Part shown: positions 23,720 to 35,199 of the stretch, piece by piece
How positions within the stretch are numbered: the stretch's first letter is position 1
Layout: the number at the start of each line of letters is the position of its first letter
Assembly (NCBI GenBank): GCA_010015805.1
Contig: ML978133.1
Span: 372,001 to 436,000 of the forward strand
Length of the DNA stretch: 64,000 nucleotides
Direction: 5' to 3'
DNA from: Rhizodiscina lignyota
Lineage: Eukaryota
The notes under the pieces: generated by a model
Databases searched by the model: none
What the model saw: the letters and a program-made list of their open reading frames with translations, nothing else
What the model was told of the DNA's origin: nothing
Made by a program: the position numbers and the translations under genes

Positions 23720-25036
23720 ATGCAGCATACTCTCGCTCTCCTCGCCCTCGCGGCGTCCGCCATCGCCAATCCTATGCCCCAGGGTGTGACCTCTGTCATC
23801 TCTGCAGGATCTGCCCCATCAGGATGCGATGTTAGCCACTCGGGATCGTTTGCAATCACTGTGCAGAACGTTTCGAGCTCAAGCACCAAGCGCAGTATCG
23901 AAGAGGTGAGCTACAGCACTAAAACACCATTGAAATGAGTATTCTGGCTAACGTTTCTGTAGCGCCAAACCTCTGGTATCTTGACTCTTACTTTGGAAGA
24001 TGGCGTTCTGAAGGATCAAGCTGGCCGAACTGGCTACATCGCCAGCAACTTCCAGTTTCAGTTTGACAAGCCTCCACAGACTGGCGCCATCTTCACAGCG
24101 GGTTTCTCGCTTTGCTCCAATCAGTCACTAGCTCACGGTGGCTCCGCAATCTGGTACCAATGCAAGAGTGGAGACTTCTTTAACCTCTACGATAGGCACT
24201 GGGCCGCTCAGTGCAACGCCATCTACATCGAAGCCCTCCTCAGCGGTGGTAGCGAGACAACTGCTACTGCTACTGCTGCTGCCACTAGTGCTGCTGCTGG
24301 AGAGAAGACCGAAGGCCAACCCACCGCGACTACTGCAGTTACTGAGAAGCCGGAGGGCCAGCCTGCTGCGACCACTGCAGTAACTGAGAAGCCGGAAGGT
24401 CAACCTGCTGTTACGCAGATTACCGACGGCCAGCCGCAAGCTGTGACCCAGCTCTCTGATGGCCAGCCTCAAGGTCCTGCTCCCACGACCGGTGCTGTTT
24501 CCCAGATCTCCGACGGCCAACCGCAGGCTACCACTGCCGCTGCCGTTTCCCAGATCTCCGACGGTCAGCCGCAGGCTGCCTCAGGTACTCCCGTCTCCCA
24601 GATCTCTGATGGCCAGCCTCAGGCCGCCACTTCTGCCGCTGTCTCAGAAGCGCCAGAAGGCCAGCCTCAAGCTACGACTGCTTCTCCCGTCTCCCAGATT
24701 TCAGACGGTCAGCCGCAAGCTCCCACAGGCACTCCCGTCACCCAGATCTCAGACGGTCAGCCGCAAGCTCCCACAGGCACTCCCGTCACCCAGATCTCAG
24801 ACGGTCAGCCACAGGCTGCCACAGGTTCCCCAGTCTCGGAGGCATCAGAGGGACAACCTCAAGTTACGACCACCGCTGCCGCTGCAGGTACTGGATCTGT
24901 CACCCCCGCCAGCAACGGAACGTTCACTACGTCTGCTTCCCCTACCCTCTTCACTGGTGCTGCGGCGCCCGTCAGGCTGGGCCAGGAAATCCTTGGTGCC
25001 GCAATCGGCATCATGGGCGCCGTCGCGCTGCTGTAA
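23720..25036 (+). CDS. PIR-repeat cell wall protein with a Cys-containing domain and probable GPI signal; intron 23906-23962
   Basis: Signal peptide, Kex2 KR site, LKDQAGRTGYIASNFQFQFD...FSLC...YQC.SGDFFNLYD...QC domain, 13 [DE]GQP repeats, hydrophobic C-terminus. Confidence 0.93.
24300..24865 (+). repeat. Coding tandem repeats (PIR units) including near-perfect 48-bp copies
   Basis: CAGATCTCAGACGGTCAGCCGCAAGCTCCCACAGGCACTCCCGTCACC-type units around 24695-24820 encode QISDGQPQAPTGTPVT. Confidence 0.9.
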
Positions 25037-26080
25037 GCACGCTACGGCGCTTTTTCGACTGTACTCAATTTCTTGGTAGAAATACCGGGTTGAAAGTGCA
25101 GCCACCATGACGACTCGTTAACGACGCTCATTACGACACATTCCTTTAGACTTGACCAGCATACTACGAATATCACTCACAGAACGAACATACCCGACAC
25201 CCCTGATCCCTTCCTCACGACATATGACATCAAGCGTGGAGCTAAAACAACTTGGAGGTTGCAATGGTGGGGTGGTGGGGTCAAGGTCGTCGTCAGCGCT
25301 TTCGCTGGGGCAACCTTCCATAATAGGCATAATCGGTGGACGGGAATAGGCACTTGGACTTGGCAAGAAAAAAGCTTGCACGGTTCGGAAATTGGAATCA
25401 GGTTGGATCGCGCTCCATGGGGAGCAGGGGATGGGATCAGGCATTGGCAACGGCATTTGCATGGGTCGCGCGGCGGGAGTGGCTTCGGGATTTTCTTTGC
25501 CGAACGCTAATCCTCCCGATCGATCGACCCCTTCAACATCTTCTTTTGGCCCGAACGGTTTGCAAAAGCCATTTCTAGCTTTGGTTTTTTTCCGGCTTTC
25601 GAGCATTCGACTGTCGATATTTCTAGTTGTCTATTGTGTAGTTAATTCTCAGCATTGGAGTGGCTTGGGAGGAGGCTTGGGTACTTGTACGACAGTAGTA
25701 ATGCATAATTGAGGGGGTTGGAAGATATCAATATTTCAGCATCTCCTGCCACTCTTCCTTCCACTCACTCCCTATTGTGACTGCGGAGTAATTATTTCAA
25801 TTTCCTGAAAGAGATGCCCTCAACTAATCATCCGCACTGATGAATGAATATAGCTGTGCTGCGGCTGCTAGTTTGGGGAACACTATGGAATGTGGGTGAT
25901 AGCGCTACATAATGGTTTTCATCAAGAGTTGAAATATTTCATAATTGCCATTTAGTTGCTCGAATTGAATATAGAGTTATTCCTATGCCAAAGTCAAAAC
26001 GCCTTCCCATTGTTTTCAAGATAACACCACCTCATACGCAGAGGGCTCGTCGCGCTCAACCAAGTCGACGCCCGTGGAGG

Positions 26081-27155
26081 CTAGACCTCTTCGGTGACCA
26101 CTCCCAACATCGCCTCAGTTTGCCTAGTGGCCATACCTCGCAATGGTGCGAGTTGCGCGGCCAACGATCGCAGCGCAATCACATCCACCGCTGGGTCCTT
26201 ACCCTCAGAGCCGAATCGCAGCTCAACCTCAGGACCAGTGTTCTGTATCACCTGGCATAACACACCAAGCAACCACGGACTCTCTTTGTGCAGCATTTCC
26301 AGATCTCCCGCTGGACCTTGCATCCTCATTCTAGGGAGTTTGAAGAGAATCTCAAGTGTCGTGAGTCCAGTGATATCGCTGAGTCCAGCCCAGTCAACAC
26401 TAGCCCTAGGGATGCGAACGGAAGAAACGGCTCCGATGACGACTGTCAGGTGAGAAAGACGACGGTAGGCGAAGTTTGTGGGAAAGACGCGCCAGAGCGG
26501 GAGAACCGGGGGCAAGCCATTGTGATAGACGTGTGCTAAATGGTAACTAACTATGTCATACTGCCGAAGATCGATTTCCACCGTAAATCTGTTTGATTTG
26601 AAGAATGCTGCTACTGCTTCGCGAAGCAGTTGCTTTGATGCCGAGAGCGGACGCCAGTTCAGGGGAAGGAATGAGGTCGTCGGAGGTTCGTCTGCAAAAG
26701 TCTTCTTGATCAGAAGCGGGCCGTTGTCTACAACCAAATAATCATAGATAAGCAGACGAACCTCCGCTGGGAGCTCGAAGAAGTCCAGCGGCTTGAATCT
26801 TGCCCGTTTCCTGAGGATATTAGCAACAATTACAACTGCAGTAAGCTCAACTTACTCATCGTCACTCATGCCACTCGTGTGACACCGAGACCACCTAGCC
26901 ATCCTACTTGGGGTGCTGCGTAGATTCCAAGGTCCAATATGCACCCGTAGAACAGCTGCGTTGGAAGCGAGAGTCTCTTTATGGAACCAAGTATCGTAAT
27001 CACGGTATGACCACCTATAGCGCAGGAGTAGACCGTACGGGATCCTGACCGAATGTGAGACATTATGCAGGCAGCACTATCTCTGTAAACATGTTTACTT
27101 ACTTTGGTAGAATAACGTTCCTCTGGCGCGCGTCCCTGAAGTACATGGGTGCCAT
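26081..27155 (-). CDS. F-box-like domain protein; introns 27045-27102 and 26811-26855
   Basis: TATATAAA upstream (~27215). ATG at 27155 and two GTAAGT..CAG introns give the open frame MAPMYFRDAR...MSDDEKRARFKPLDFFELPAEVRLLIYDYLVV..., which joins ORF 26081-26737. Confidence 0.75.
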
Positions 27156-27883
27156 CTTGTGGAGCTCGATCGATGTCAATGGCTGTTTATCAGAAGGGGG
27201 TGGGTCGCCTTTATATAGTTCCAAAAAGAAGTATCATGCGTCCCTGCACGTGTCGGGAAGAAGGTGAAATTTGCCTGTGATGTGAAGAGAGAGCGCACAG
27301 CAAAGCAAGGCATTGTCGATGAAACAGCGGCGTGATGCTAACGTTGTGTAAAGTGAAAGTGTCGAGTCGTTTATTCGGCAGGAGAGATAGAACTGATACT
27401 CAAAACGAAAGCCCTTCAACACATTCCCATTCAACTGGGTCCTCACATATCGACAAAGGAGTGGTAAATAATTCGGATATCGCCGGTTGTACTGGCTTGA
27501 GCTTTGCGTTTTGGGTGATAAAGGTGGAATCCACCATATTTCTGTATATGTTTATGATATCAAACGTGATGAGAATGGAATGTAGAGTATCAAATAACAT
27601 GGGATCCGTGAAATTGAATACCTTCGGGAGTGCTTCACTGGAAGAATCTCAGTGAGACAACCACTAGCAGCGAAAACTCTAGTAGATACTCTAGAGAGGT
27701 CCTCTTGACTGGGAAACCTGGATATCGAAAAGTCATTGTGACAGATGCCTAGGAAATCCGGTCAAATATCACAAATGGGAAACGTTATCTTTGGGGTTTG
27801 TCGAGCAGAGACTGCAGATTCCAAAGTATAACACACTACGTGCTGTGACATCTTAAACGACGACATTATTCGTCGACTCACAG

Positions 27884-28545
27884 TCACGATTTTCCCTCCT
27901 CTTGGTCCCTTTGCCATCGATTATATTCATCCTCCCATCCGTCTGCTCCATTTCCATTTCCGCATCTTTCTCTCACGAGCCCCCATGTCCTCGCTCTTAT
28001 TATCTTCTCCACTCCTTGCTCATTTCTTAACAACCCAGCCAAGCTTTCCGTCCGTGCTTCTCTTGGGAAATATCTACCAGAGTATGGATCTAATCTCTCG
28101 TTTACTATCCGCTCTCGTGCTCTTGCGCTCTCAACCTCCCGCAAGAGAGAATCAGGATCTTCAGGATCAGGGGAGGTCGCAACTGACGTGCAGTACGTCA
28201 GGACGTCTGATCGTACTTGCCAGCTGGGGAAAAGGACTTGCTTCTTGAAGCTGTCGCAGGCGGTTGGATTGATGCGGCGCGGCATTGAGGGAGGTAATGA
28301 CGGACGAGAGAAAGTCGAGTCCGGGTCAAATCGAGAGCTCGTGCCGGGCGTGAGGAGGGCATTTAGATGCTGGGTGATGCTATCGTCTATTGTTCCTCTT
28401 GATATTCGAAGGAAATCTACCCATGGGAGTTAGTCGGTGCGCAGAGCTTGGCCGTAACAGTGCATAGTGGTAACCTACCCCTTAATGCTGTCTGGTTAAA
28501 GCAAAATTGAGGTGTCAGTTCCGGTAATGATGAAGGTCGAGACAT
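27884..28545 (-). CDS. MIX23: Mix23/Cid2 mitochondrial intermembrane-space protein; 1 intron
   Basis: LTPQFCFNQTALR|DFLRISRGTIDDSITQHLN, C..F...LFPSWQVRSDVLTYC, ERLDPYSGR, NEQGVEKIIRARTWGLVRERC. Confidence 0.88.
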
Positions 28546-28769
28546 GTCTCTATCCTTTCTCGGACGAGACCGTCGAGTTGGCTCTGCCGGCGCTTCTTCT
28601 TCTGAGTCTGCTGGCAAAGCAGCACTCCGTTTCCAGAATAACCAAGCCGTATTTGCGTCTCGAGGGGATTTCGACCCCTTTATGTGCTCGTGAGTCGTGC
28701 GCAATGAATTATTGAGGGTGGGTCTGGACACACTATGTGCACATGTAGGCAGATGGCTCTTGCAGGGAT

Positions 28770-28910
28770 TCGACGACGTCACGGCCCGCAGGCGTCGTCG
28801 ACGCGCCTAAGACGCGCTCCGCGAGCACCGTATTAGGCAACATCCACACTTCCGCGTACAAAATCTCTGACAACTCACCCTCTTGCCTACGTCTTCCTCT
28901 CTGGCCGCGT
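28770..28910. promoter_or_regulatory. Cluster of MCB-like (ACGCG/CGCGT) cores in the divergent MIX23-ligase promoter
   Basis: ACGCG at 28801 and 28812, CGCGT at 28853 and 28906; inverted repeat TCGACGACG/CGTCGTCGA at 28770-28801. Yeast CDC9 is MBF/MCB-regulated. Confidence 0.5.
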
Positions 28911-28919
28911 GCCTGTGCT

Positions 28920-31900
28920 ATGAAATTGTATCCCAATCTCTGGCGTTCTTCAATACTAAGTCAGAGGCCCCTCCCACTGCGTCTCTTTCCTCAACACGTC
29001 CGCCGGCACGGGTCTTGTGATACTCGCACTTTTGTAACAGCATTGTTCAATTACACGATGTCTGGCAAACAAGCAACGCTAGGGTATGTCAAATCTAGCC
29101 AACAGACTCTGGGGTATGCGGCGATCGATGGCTGCCGTCAATCGCGTTCAGTGCTGACCGTGACTGCAGAAAGTTCTTTGGCCGGGCCGATGGCGTCAAA
29201 TCGTCAAAGCCACAGCAGTCGACATTAGCGTTCAAGAAGAAGGACGAGAAGAAGGAGCAGAAGGTGAAAGAGGAGGAGCACGAGGAAGCGGAATTGCCAA
29301 AGCAGAATGGCAACGGCAAACATGACGCGGATCAAGAGGACGTGGAGATGGGCGATGAGGACGCGACAGTGAAGACAGAAGAAGCTGGTACAGACACCAC
29401 CAGTGAGGAGGAGGGAAAGGGCACCAATGGTAAGCTATAAAAGCTCTCTGCCTAACTTTAAACCTTACCTCAACAACTTCACTGGCAACATTTACTCACG
29501 AAATGCAACTTCGATCAGGCAAGGTTTCGGTTGAAAATGCCGCTTCAAAGAAGCGCATGATACTTGAAGCTGACGATGAACCTCCTTCGAAGCGTCAAAA
29601 GCCGACCACTGCTCCGAAGAAGCCGGCTGCAGCAAGCAAGCAGAACGCGTCGCCCAAGTCTAGTGATAAGAAATCGAAGGTGAAGCAGGAGAAGCCACCC
29701 ACACCACAAAAAAAGGCACCGGCCAACAAAAGGAAGAAAGCTGTCATCGAAGATGAGGAGGATGACCTTGATAATGATGCAAATGAGGACCTCCCTAAGA
29801 AGGCGAGCACCAAGCGTGCAGTGGAATCTCCTGCATCTGATAATGAGTCACTTGCGGAGCAAGATGAAGCAGAGGACTCCGAAGAGGATGAGAAGCCCGA
29901 AGTGGCTGCGAAGGCTCGTGAAAAAGTCCAGTCTACTCTCAAGGCAAGCAGCAAAGATCCTTATCCGGACTGGAAGGCCGGCGATCCAGTGCCATATGCG
30001 GCTCTCTGCACTACCTTCTCCAAGATCGAGATGACCACGAAGAGGCTCGAGATCCTGGCGCATTGTTCACTCTTCCTACGACAAGTGTTGCGCTTAACGC
30101 CTGATGACCTCCTGCCGACGATTTTGCTCATGATCAACAAGCTGGCGGCGGATTATGCAGGCATTGAGCTTGGCATTGGCGAGTCGCTCATCATGAAGGC
30201 GATTGGAGAGACCACTGGAAGAAGTTTGCAGGTCATCAAATCAGACCAAAACGAAATAGGCGATCTTGGTCTTGTTGCGGCCAAGAGCAGGTCCAACCAG
30301 CGCACGATGTTCAAACCTAAACCATTGACAGTGAGAGGCGTCCACGAAGGATTGATGCAAATTGCTATCATCGAAGGACAAGGAGCTCAAGCTCGCAAGA
30401 TTGGAGGCATCAAGAAACTCCTCGCGGCAGCGGATGTTGAGACTGCAGGCAAAGGCACCAAAGGAGTAGACATCACCAAGAACAAGGGCGGTCCAAGTGA
30501 GGCAAAATTCATCGTTCGAACTCTGGAAGGCAAACTTCGACTTGGTCTTGCGGACAAGACCGTTCTGGTTGCTTTGGCTCAGGCAGTCGTTGTTCACGAG
30601 GTTTTACAGCAGGGTAACAAAGTGCCCAGCACGGAGCAGCTTGCTAAAGGCGAAACGACGCTCAAGTCAGTGTACAGGTATGTATCTGCCCCTTTCGCTA
30701 ATACATAGGTTGCTGACGTTGGCTTAGTGAATTGCCTAGCTACGAAGTCATTATTCCAGCCATTCTCAAGCACGGACTGTCCCATCTCAAGGAGAACTGC
30801 AAGCTCCAGGCAGGCGTGCCACTCAAACCTATGCTTGCGAAACCGACAAAGTCCATTACGGAAGTGCTTGATCGCTTCGAAGGCAAGCACTTTACTTGTG
30901 AGTACAAGTATGACGGCGAGCGTGCACAAATTCACTTCGTTTCACACGACTCCGCCGAACAGTACGCTACTGCCGCGCCCAAAGAAGGCAAGACGGAGAA
31001 GGGCATATCAAACATCTTCTCCCGTAATTCCGAGGACTTGAGCAAGAAATACCCCGATATCCTCGCGAAGCTTCCGACCTGGGTTAAGGACGGCACGAAG
31101 AGCTTTGTTCTGGATTGTGAGACCGTTGCCTGGGACATGGTAGAGAAGAAGGTGCTGCCGTTCCAGCAGCTCATGACACGGAAGAGGAAGGACGTGAAAG
31201 TCGAGGATGTCAAGGTCAAAGTCTGTGTCTTCGCATTCGATCTGCTCTTCCTGAATGGCGAGGCACTCGTGAACAAGTCCTTCCGCGAGCGCCGCGAGCT
31301 CCTTCACGAATCTTTCAAGCCCGCGGAAGGTGAGTTTGCTTTCGCTACCTTCGGCAACACCGACCAGCTCGAAGAGATCCAGACTCTGCTTGACGAGAGT
31401 GTCAAAGCCTCCTGCGAAGGCCTCATGGTCAAGATGCTTGACGGTCCCGAGTCTTCATACGAGCCCAGCCGCCGCAGTCAGAACTGGCTGAAGGTCAAGA
31501 AGGACTATCTCTCCGGCGTCGGCGATTCTCTTGACTTGGTTGTCCTGGGCGCGTACTACGGCAAGGGCAAGCGCACTTCTTGGTACGGTGCCTTCTTGCT
31601 TGCATGCTGGAACCCGAAAACACAGAATTACGAAACAGTTTGTAACATCGGAACTGGCTTCTCCGAAGCCATCCTCGAGACCCTGCACGAAGAACTCGGA
31701 AATCATGTCATTGACAAGCCGAAGCCGTACTACAGCCACTCGGCTGGAAACAAAGATCAACCAGATGTTTGGTTCGAAGACAAATTCGTCTGGGAAGTGA
31801 AGACCGCAGATCTCACCCTCAGTCCAAGATACAAGGCGGCAGCGAATGAGATATTGAGTTCTGGTGGAAAAGGCGTGAGCCTGCGCTTCCCACGCTTCAT

Positions 31901-32027
31901 CAAGCAGCGTGATGATAAAAAGCCCGAAGAAGCGACGAGCAGTGGACAAATTGCGGAAATGTATCAGAAGCAAGAGAGCGTGGCGAAGAACAAGGGTCCG
32001 AGTGTGGACGATGACTTTGAATATTAA
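28920..32027 (+). CDS. CDC9: DNA ligase I; introns 29084 or 29114 to 29169, 29430-29518, 30678-30727
   Basis: PVPYAALCTTF, GIELGIGESLI, PMLAKP, adenylation motif EYKYDGER, CEGLMVK, WLKVKKDY, SLRFPRF; N-terminal PIP box QxTLGKFF after splicing. Confidence 0.97.
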
Positions 32028-32106
32028 CTTTGCGCGGACAGAGGATGAGGAAGCATCGCGGCGTTCTGTGGGAGAAGGTATAATTTTTTGCTAAAATGGC
32101 TCTTTG

Positions 32107-32829
32107 CTACGATGACGAGAGATATGACCACAGCCCCAACGAATATACCTGAATATCTCGCTCTGGAATTGGTGTTCCATCTGCCTTCTCTTTGCGAGGA
32201 GATTTTATCGTCTCTTCTCCAACGATGTTGAAGTGGCATTTCTGATAGAGCTTCGTCGCTGCAATGTTCTCTTTCTCCACGAGGATTGTGAAACCTACGG
32301 CGTCAGCGCCTCTGTCTATGCTTCGGACCTCGCCCAGGACGATTGCCTCGTCGATGAGGGACTTTGCAATTCCCAGGCCCTTGTAGGCAGGATCAACGAA
32401 CACGGCGTTCATGTGACAGTATAACGCTCGGTTAATGTCATTCGTATCGCTGTTTTTCGATTCTACCTTCATAGTCTCCCAGGGGGACTTTGAAGCTTGT
32501 GCGAAACTTTCTTCTTTCGGTCCCAAAAGCACCGTGATACCAACAAACTTGCCCTTCACCAATATGTCCACGTCGTCCTGAGTTGCCGACTCATCGTCGT
32601 CCAGCGCGACAGCAACAATTGTGCTTGCAAGTGGATTCCGAGCGCGGTCTTCCCATACATCGGGCGTAAAGGCGGACTCACGCGCAAAGGTGGACGAGAA
32701 TGCTTCGGGTGCGGTACGAAGGGAAAAGAGACGAAACTCTTTCTGCTTCGAGATGATGGTTGCCCATTTGTCTGGGTCGTCCACAGACTTTGGACAGAGG
32801 AGGTTGACTATCTTTGGCCTCGTGGTCAT
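32107..32829 (-). CDS. GNAT family N-acetyltransferase
   Basis: FRLFSLRTAPEAFSSTFARE; acetyl-CoA motif A VFVDPAYKGLGIAKSL; N..A.KLYQKCHF. Confidence 0.88.
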   Translation of the reverse strand: MTTRPKIVNLLCPKSVDDPDKWATIISKQKEFRLFSLRTAPEAFSSTFARESAFTPDVWEDRARNPLASTIVAVALDDDESATQDDVDILVKGKFVGITVLLGPKEESFAQASKSPWETMKVESKNSDTNDINRALYCHMNAVFVDPAYKGLGIAKSLIDEAIVLGEVRSIDRGADAVGFTILVEKENIAATKLYQKCHFNIVGEETIKSPRKEKADGTPIPERDIQVYSLGLWSYLSSS

Positions 32830-33231
32830 TGTTGCTCGTGACGGGGCTGCGTGCTCAATCCTTGTTCTTTCGGGGGCAGCCCTCTTCGGAAGCTGAAGAC
32901 ATTTGGGTATTCGAATCTGTGCAATTCATCGCTCCTTTTATATTCGACATCAATGAGGATATATATATATGACTGGAAAATATAATGACTCGATAGTTCA
33001 AGATTGCAGGGGTAGGCCGTTCAGCTGCTAAAGAAGGAGGATTGTGGCTTGTGGCTGAGGACCTCGCCTCGTCCACTCGTGTATCGTAGACGCGTCGTGA
33101 CCAGCCCCGACGAGGCCATCACGAGGCTGAAACTTGGAAATATTCCTAGATTCATCATAATCACTTCATACCTTTATTGACACCATGAGCTCTTCTCCTT
33201 CAGCTCACATACCAGACTTATACAGTCGAAG

Positions 33232-35199
33232 ATGACCGAAGAAGAGGAGTCCAGGGGCGAGCTGCCCAAGTACTACCATCAGCTAAACGAGGGCGGCATA
33301 AATGCCTTCAAGGACTTTGATAATCCCTTAAACTTCAAGAGCTTGGACGAAAAGGCGCGGAAGGCGAGTACGCGAAACTTCGTTATCGATTTCGGCGACG
33401 ACGAAGCCTGGTGTGCGTTTGATTTGGAGGCTAGCGCAGTCAAGAAGCTCCTCAAGTCTCCTCGCCCGGCCGCGTTGAATACACGATGGATAAACATTTG
33501 GATGCCGTACGAGCAGGAGGACCTCCTCACGGTACTTGCAAAGCATTACGACTTTTCTCCCCGGCTCCTAGGGTTCATGAAATCGAAACCAGCCAAGCAC
33601 GTCTCAAAATCACAGCAGACGAGAGCTTCTATGTTCGATCGGCTACGGCACAGGCATCAACATGCTCCGTACGTAAAATCAGTATCAGATCCATCCGTTG
33701 ATATGGAGGACTATATCGGCATGCAAGAGCTCAAGCCAGTTTCTGATGTGGACCTCTTGACACAAGGCATGAATCAATACAGCCTTGCGAACGAGGTATG
33801 GCATTGGAGCTCTGTGGACTGGGGACGACGCTGTAAGTACATACTCATACACCACGCGCGCAACAGTGCTGAACAGTAGCCAGTTGTATGCTTAGGATAC
33901 AATTCCCTTTATCAAGTTCCGAAACCACGTTCCCAAGCCTTGGGTGACGATGACGAAGAAGACGAAGAAGTCCACCCAATGGATCGCGACATCCCCGTAG
34001 GCAAACGCATCTGGTCGTGGCTGTTGTTGTGCGAGGACAAGACGGTCATCACAATCACCGAAGATCCATTCCCCTATCGTAGCGGTGTCTCCGACCTCGA
34101 CTCGCACGAGCGAAGGGCGCAAATGATCATTCGAAGGAACCTAATCAACGTATTCAGAAATTGCTCGAAAGCGCACGACTCGTCGAGAGAGAGCCCCATC
34201 TTGAAGCTTCCTGTGCGTGAGAGAGTCGGGGATAGTGAGGAAGAGACGGCACATCGACCGAGCGACACTCCTGGTTTGCTGTTTTACTGTCTGTATGATG
34301 ACTGGTTTTCATCCTACAGCGTCGTCTTTCGCCGCGAGCACCGGTATGGCGCGGCACTCGACGAGCTGGTGTGTTACGCTTAAACCCTTTTCAACTGTGA
34401 GAAAATGCTAACGCCCTTATCTAGCGTCACCTCATGCTTCAACGCGCGGAGCTCGCGCACATCTCACGGCTGCACCATATTGGCCGCCAACTTGCCGTTC
34501 TCAAGCGTATGTATCAGTCATACGAGCTCATCATCGATCGTGTCCTCGAGAAACATGAAGCAACGCTTGCATCCCTAAAGAATTCGCATATCATTTCAGG
34601 TCTGAATAGCGGTGCCGAATCGATGGCTTCGTCGGTGCCGCAGGTACAAGTGGCCGAGAGCCAGAGCTTATTGGGCGTCAGCCTGAGCTCTGCGGCACGA
34701 GTGAGATTCGAGCGGCTGAAGTACCGCATTCGCCTGTATGCCTTGAGTGAGATTGAAGAGTGTTTATCGCAGAAGGATGCTCTGGTTATGATGGTATGCA
34801 TTCCCCTTCTCCAACTCGAATATTTGCGGCTCTTAACCATTTTCTGTACAGAACTTTAACCTCATCGCCACGAAGCAATCGGTCTCCGTTGAACGTCTCA
34901 CGCGCGTTACGTTGCTGCTCGGCAAAGTCACCATTCTCTTTATGCCAGTCTCGCTCATGAGCGCCTACTTCTCGTGCCAGTTTACTGACGCGCAGTTCAA
35001 AGCCTCGACCTATTGGATGTGGTTCGGCATCATTTTTGGCATTAGTTTGATTGGTCTTGTAGGTTTTAGTATCATGAGTGGTACGCTGGAGACTAGCATG
35101 ATTTACAAACCGATGGGACGGAGAATCGTGGATGCCATCAGAGGACAAAAGTGGAGAAGGAAGAGAGATAAGGAGAAGAAGGTTATGAGAAGGGATTAA
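33232..35199 (+). CDS. CorA-like metal-transporter fold protein; 3 introns
   Basis: TRWINIW, YDFSPRL, VWHWSSVDWG, KRIWSWLLLCED, LHHIGRQLAVLKRMYQSY, and two C-terminal TM segments (ERLTRVTLLLGKVTILFMPVSLMSAYFS; YWMWFGIIFGISL). Confidence 0.8.

Noticed and set aside
24459..25606. Alternative-frame ORF 24459-25079 and ORFs in 25118-25712
   Set aside because: The first is a by-product of the PIR repeats; the others lie in the probable 3' UTR and have no recognisable motifs.
27332..27655. Short ORFs on both strands between the F-box-like gene and MIX23
   Set aside because: No motif or gene structure; probably promoter and 3' UTR sequence.
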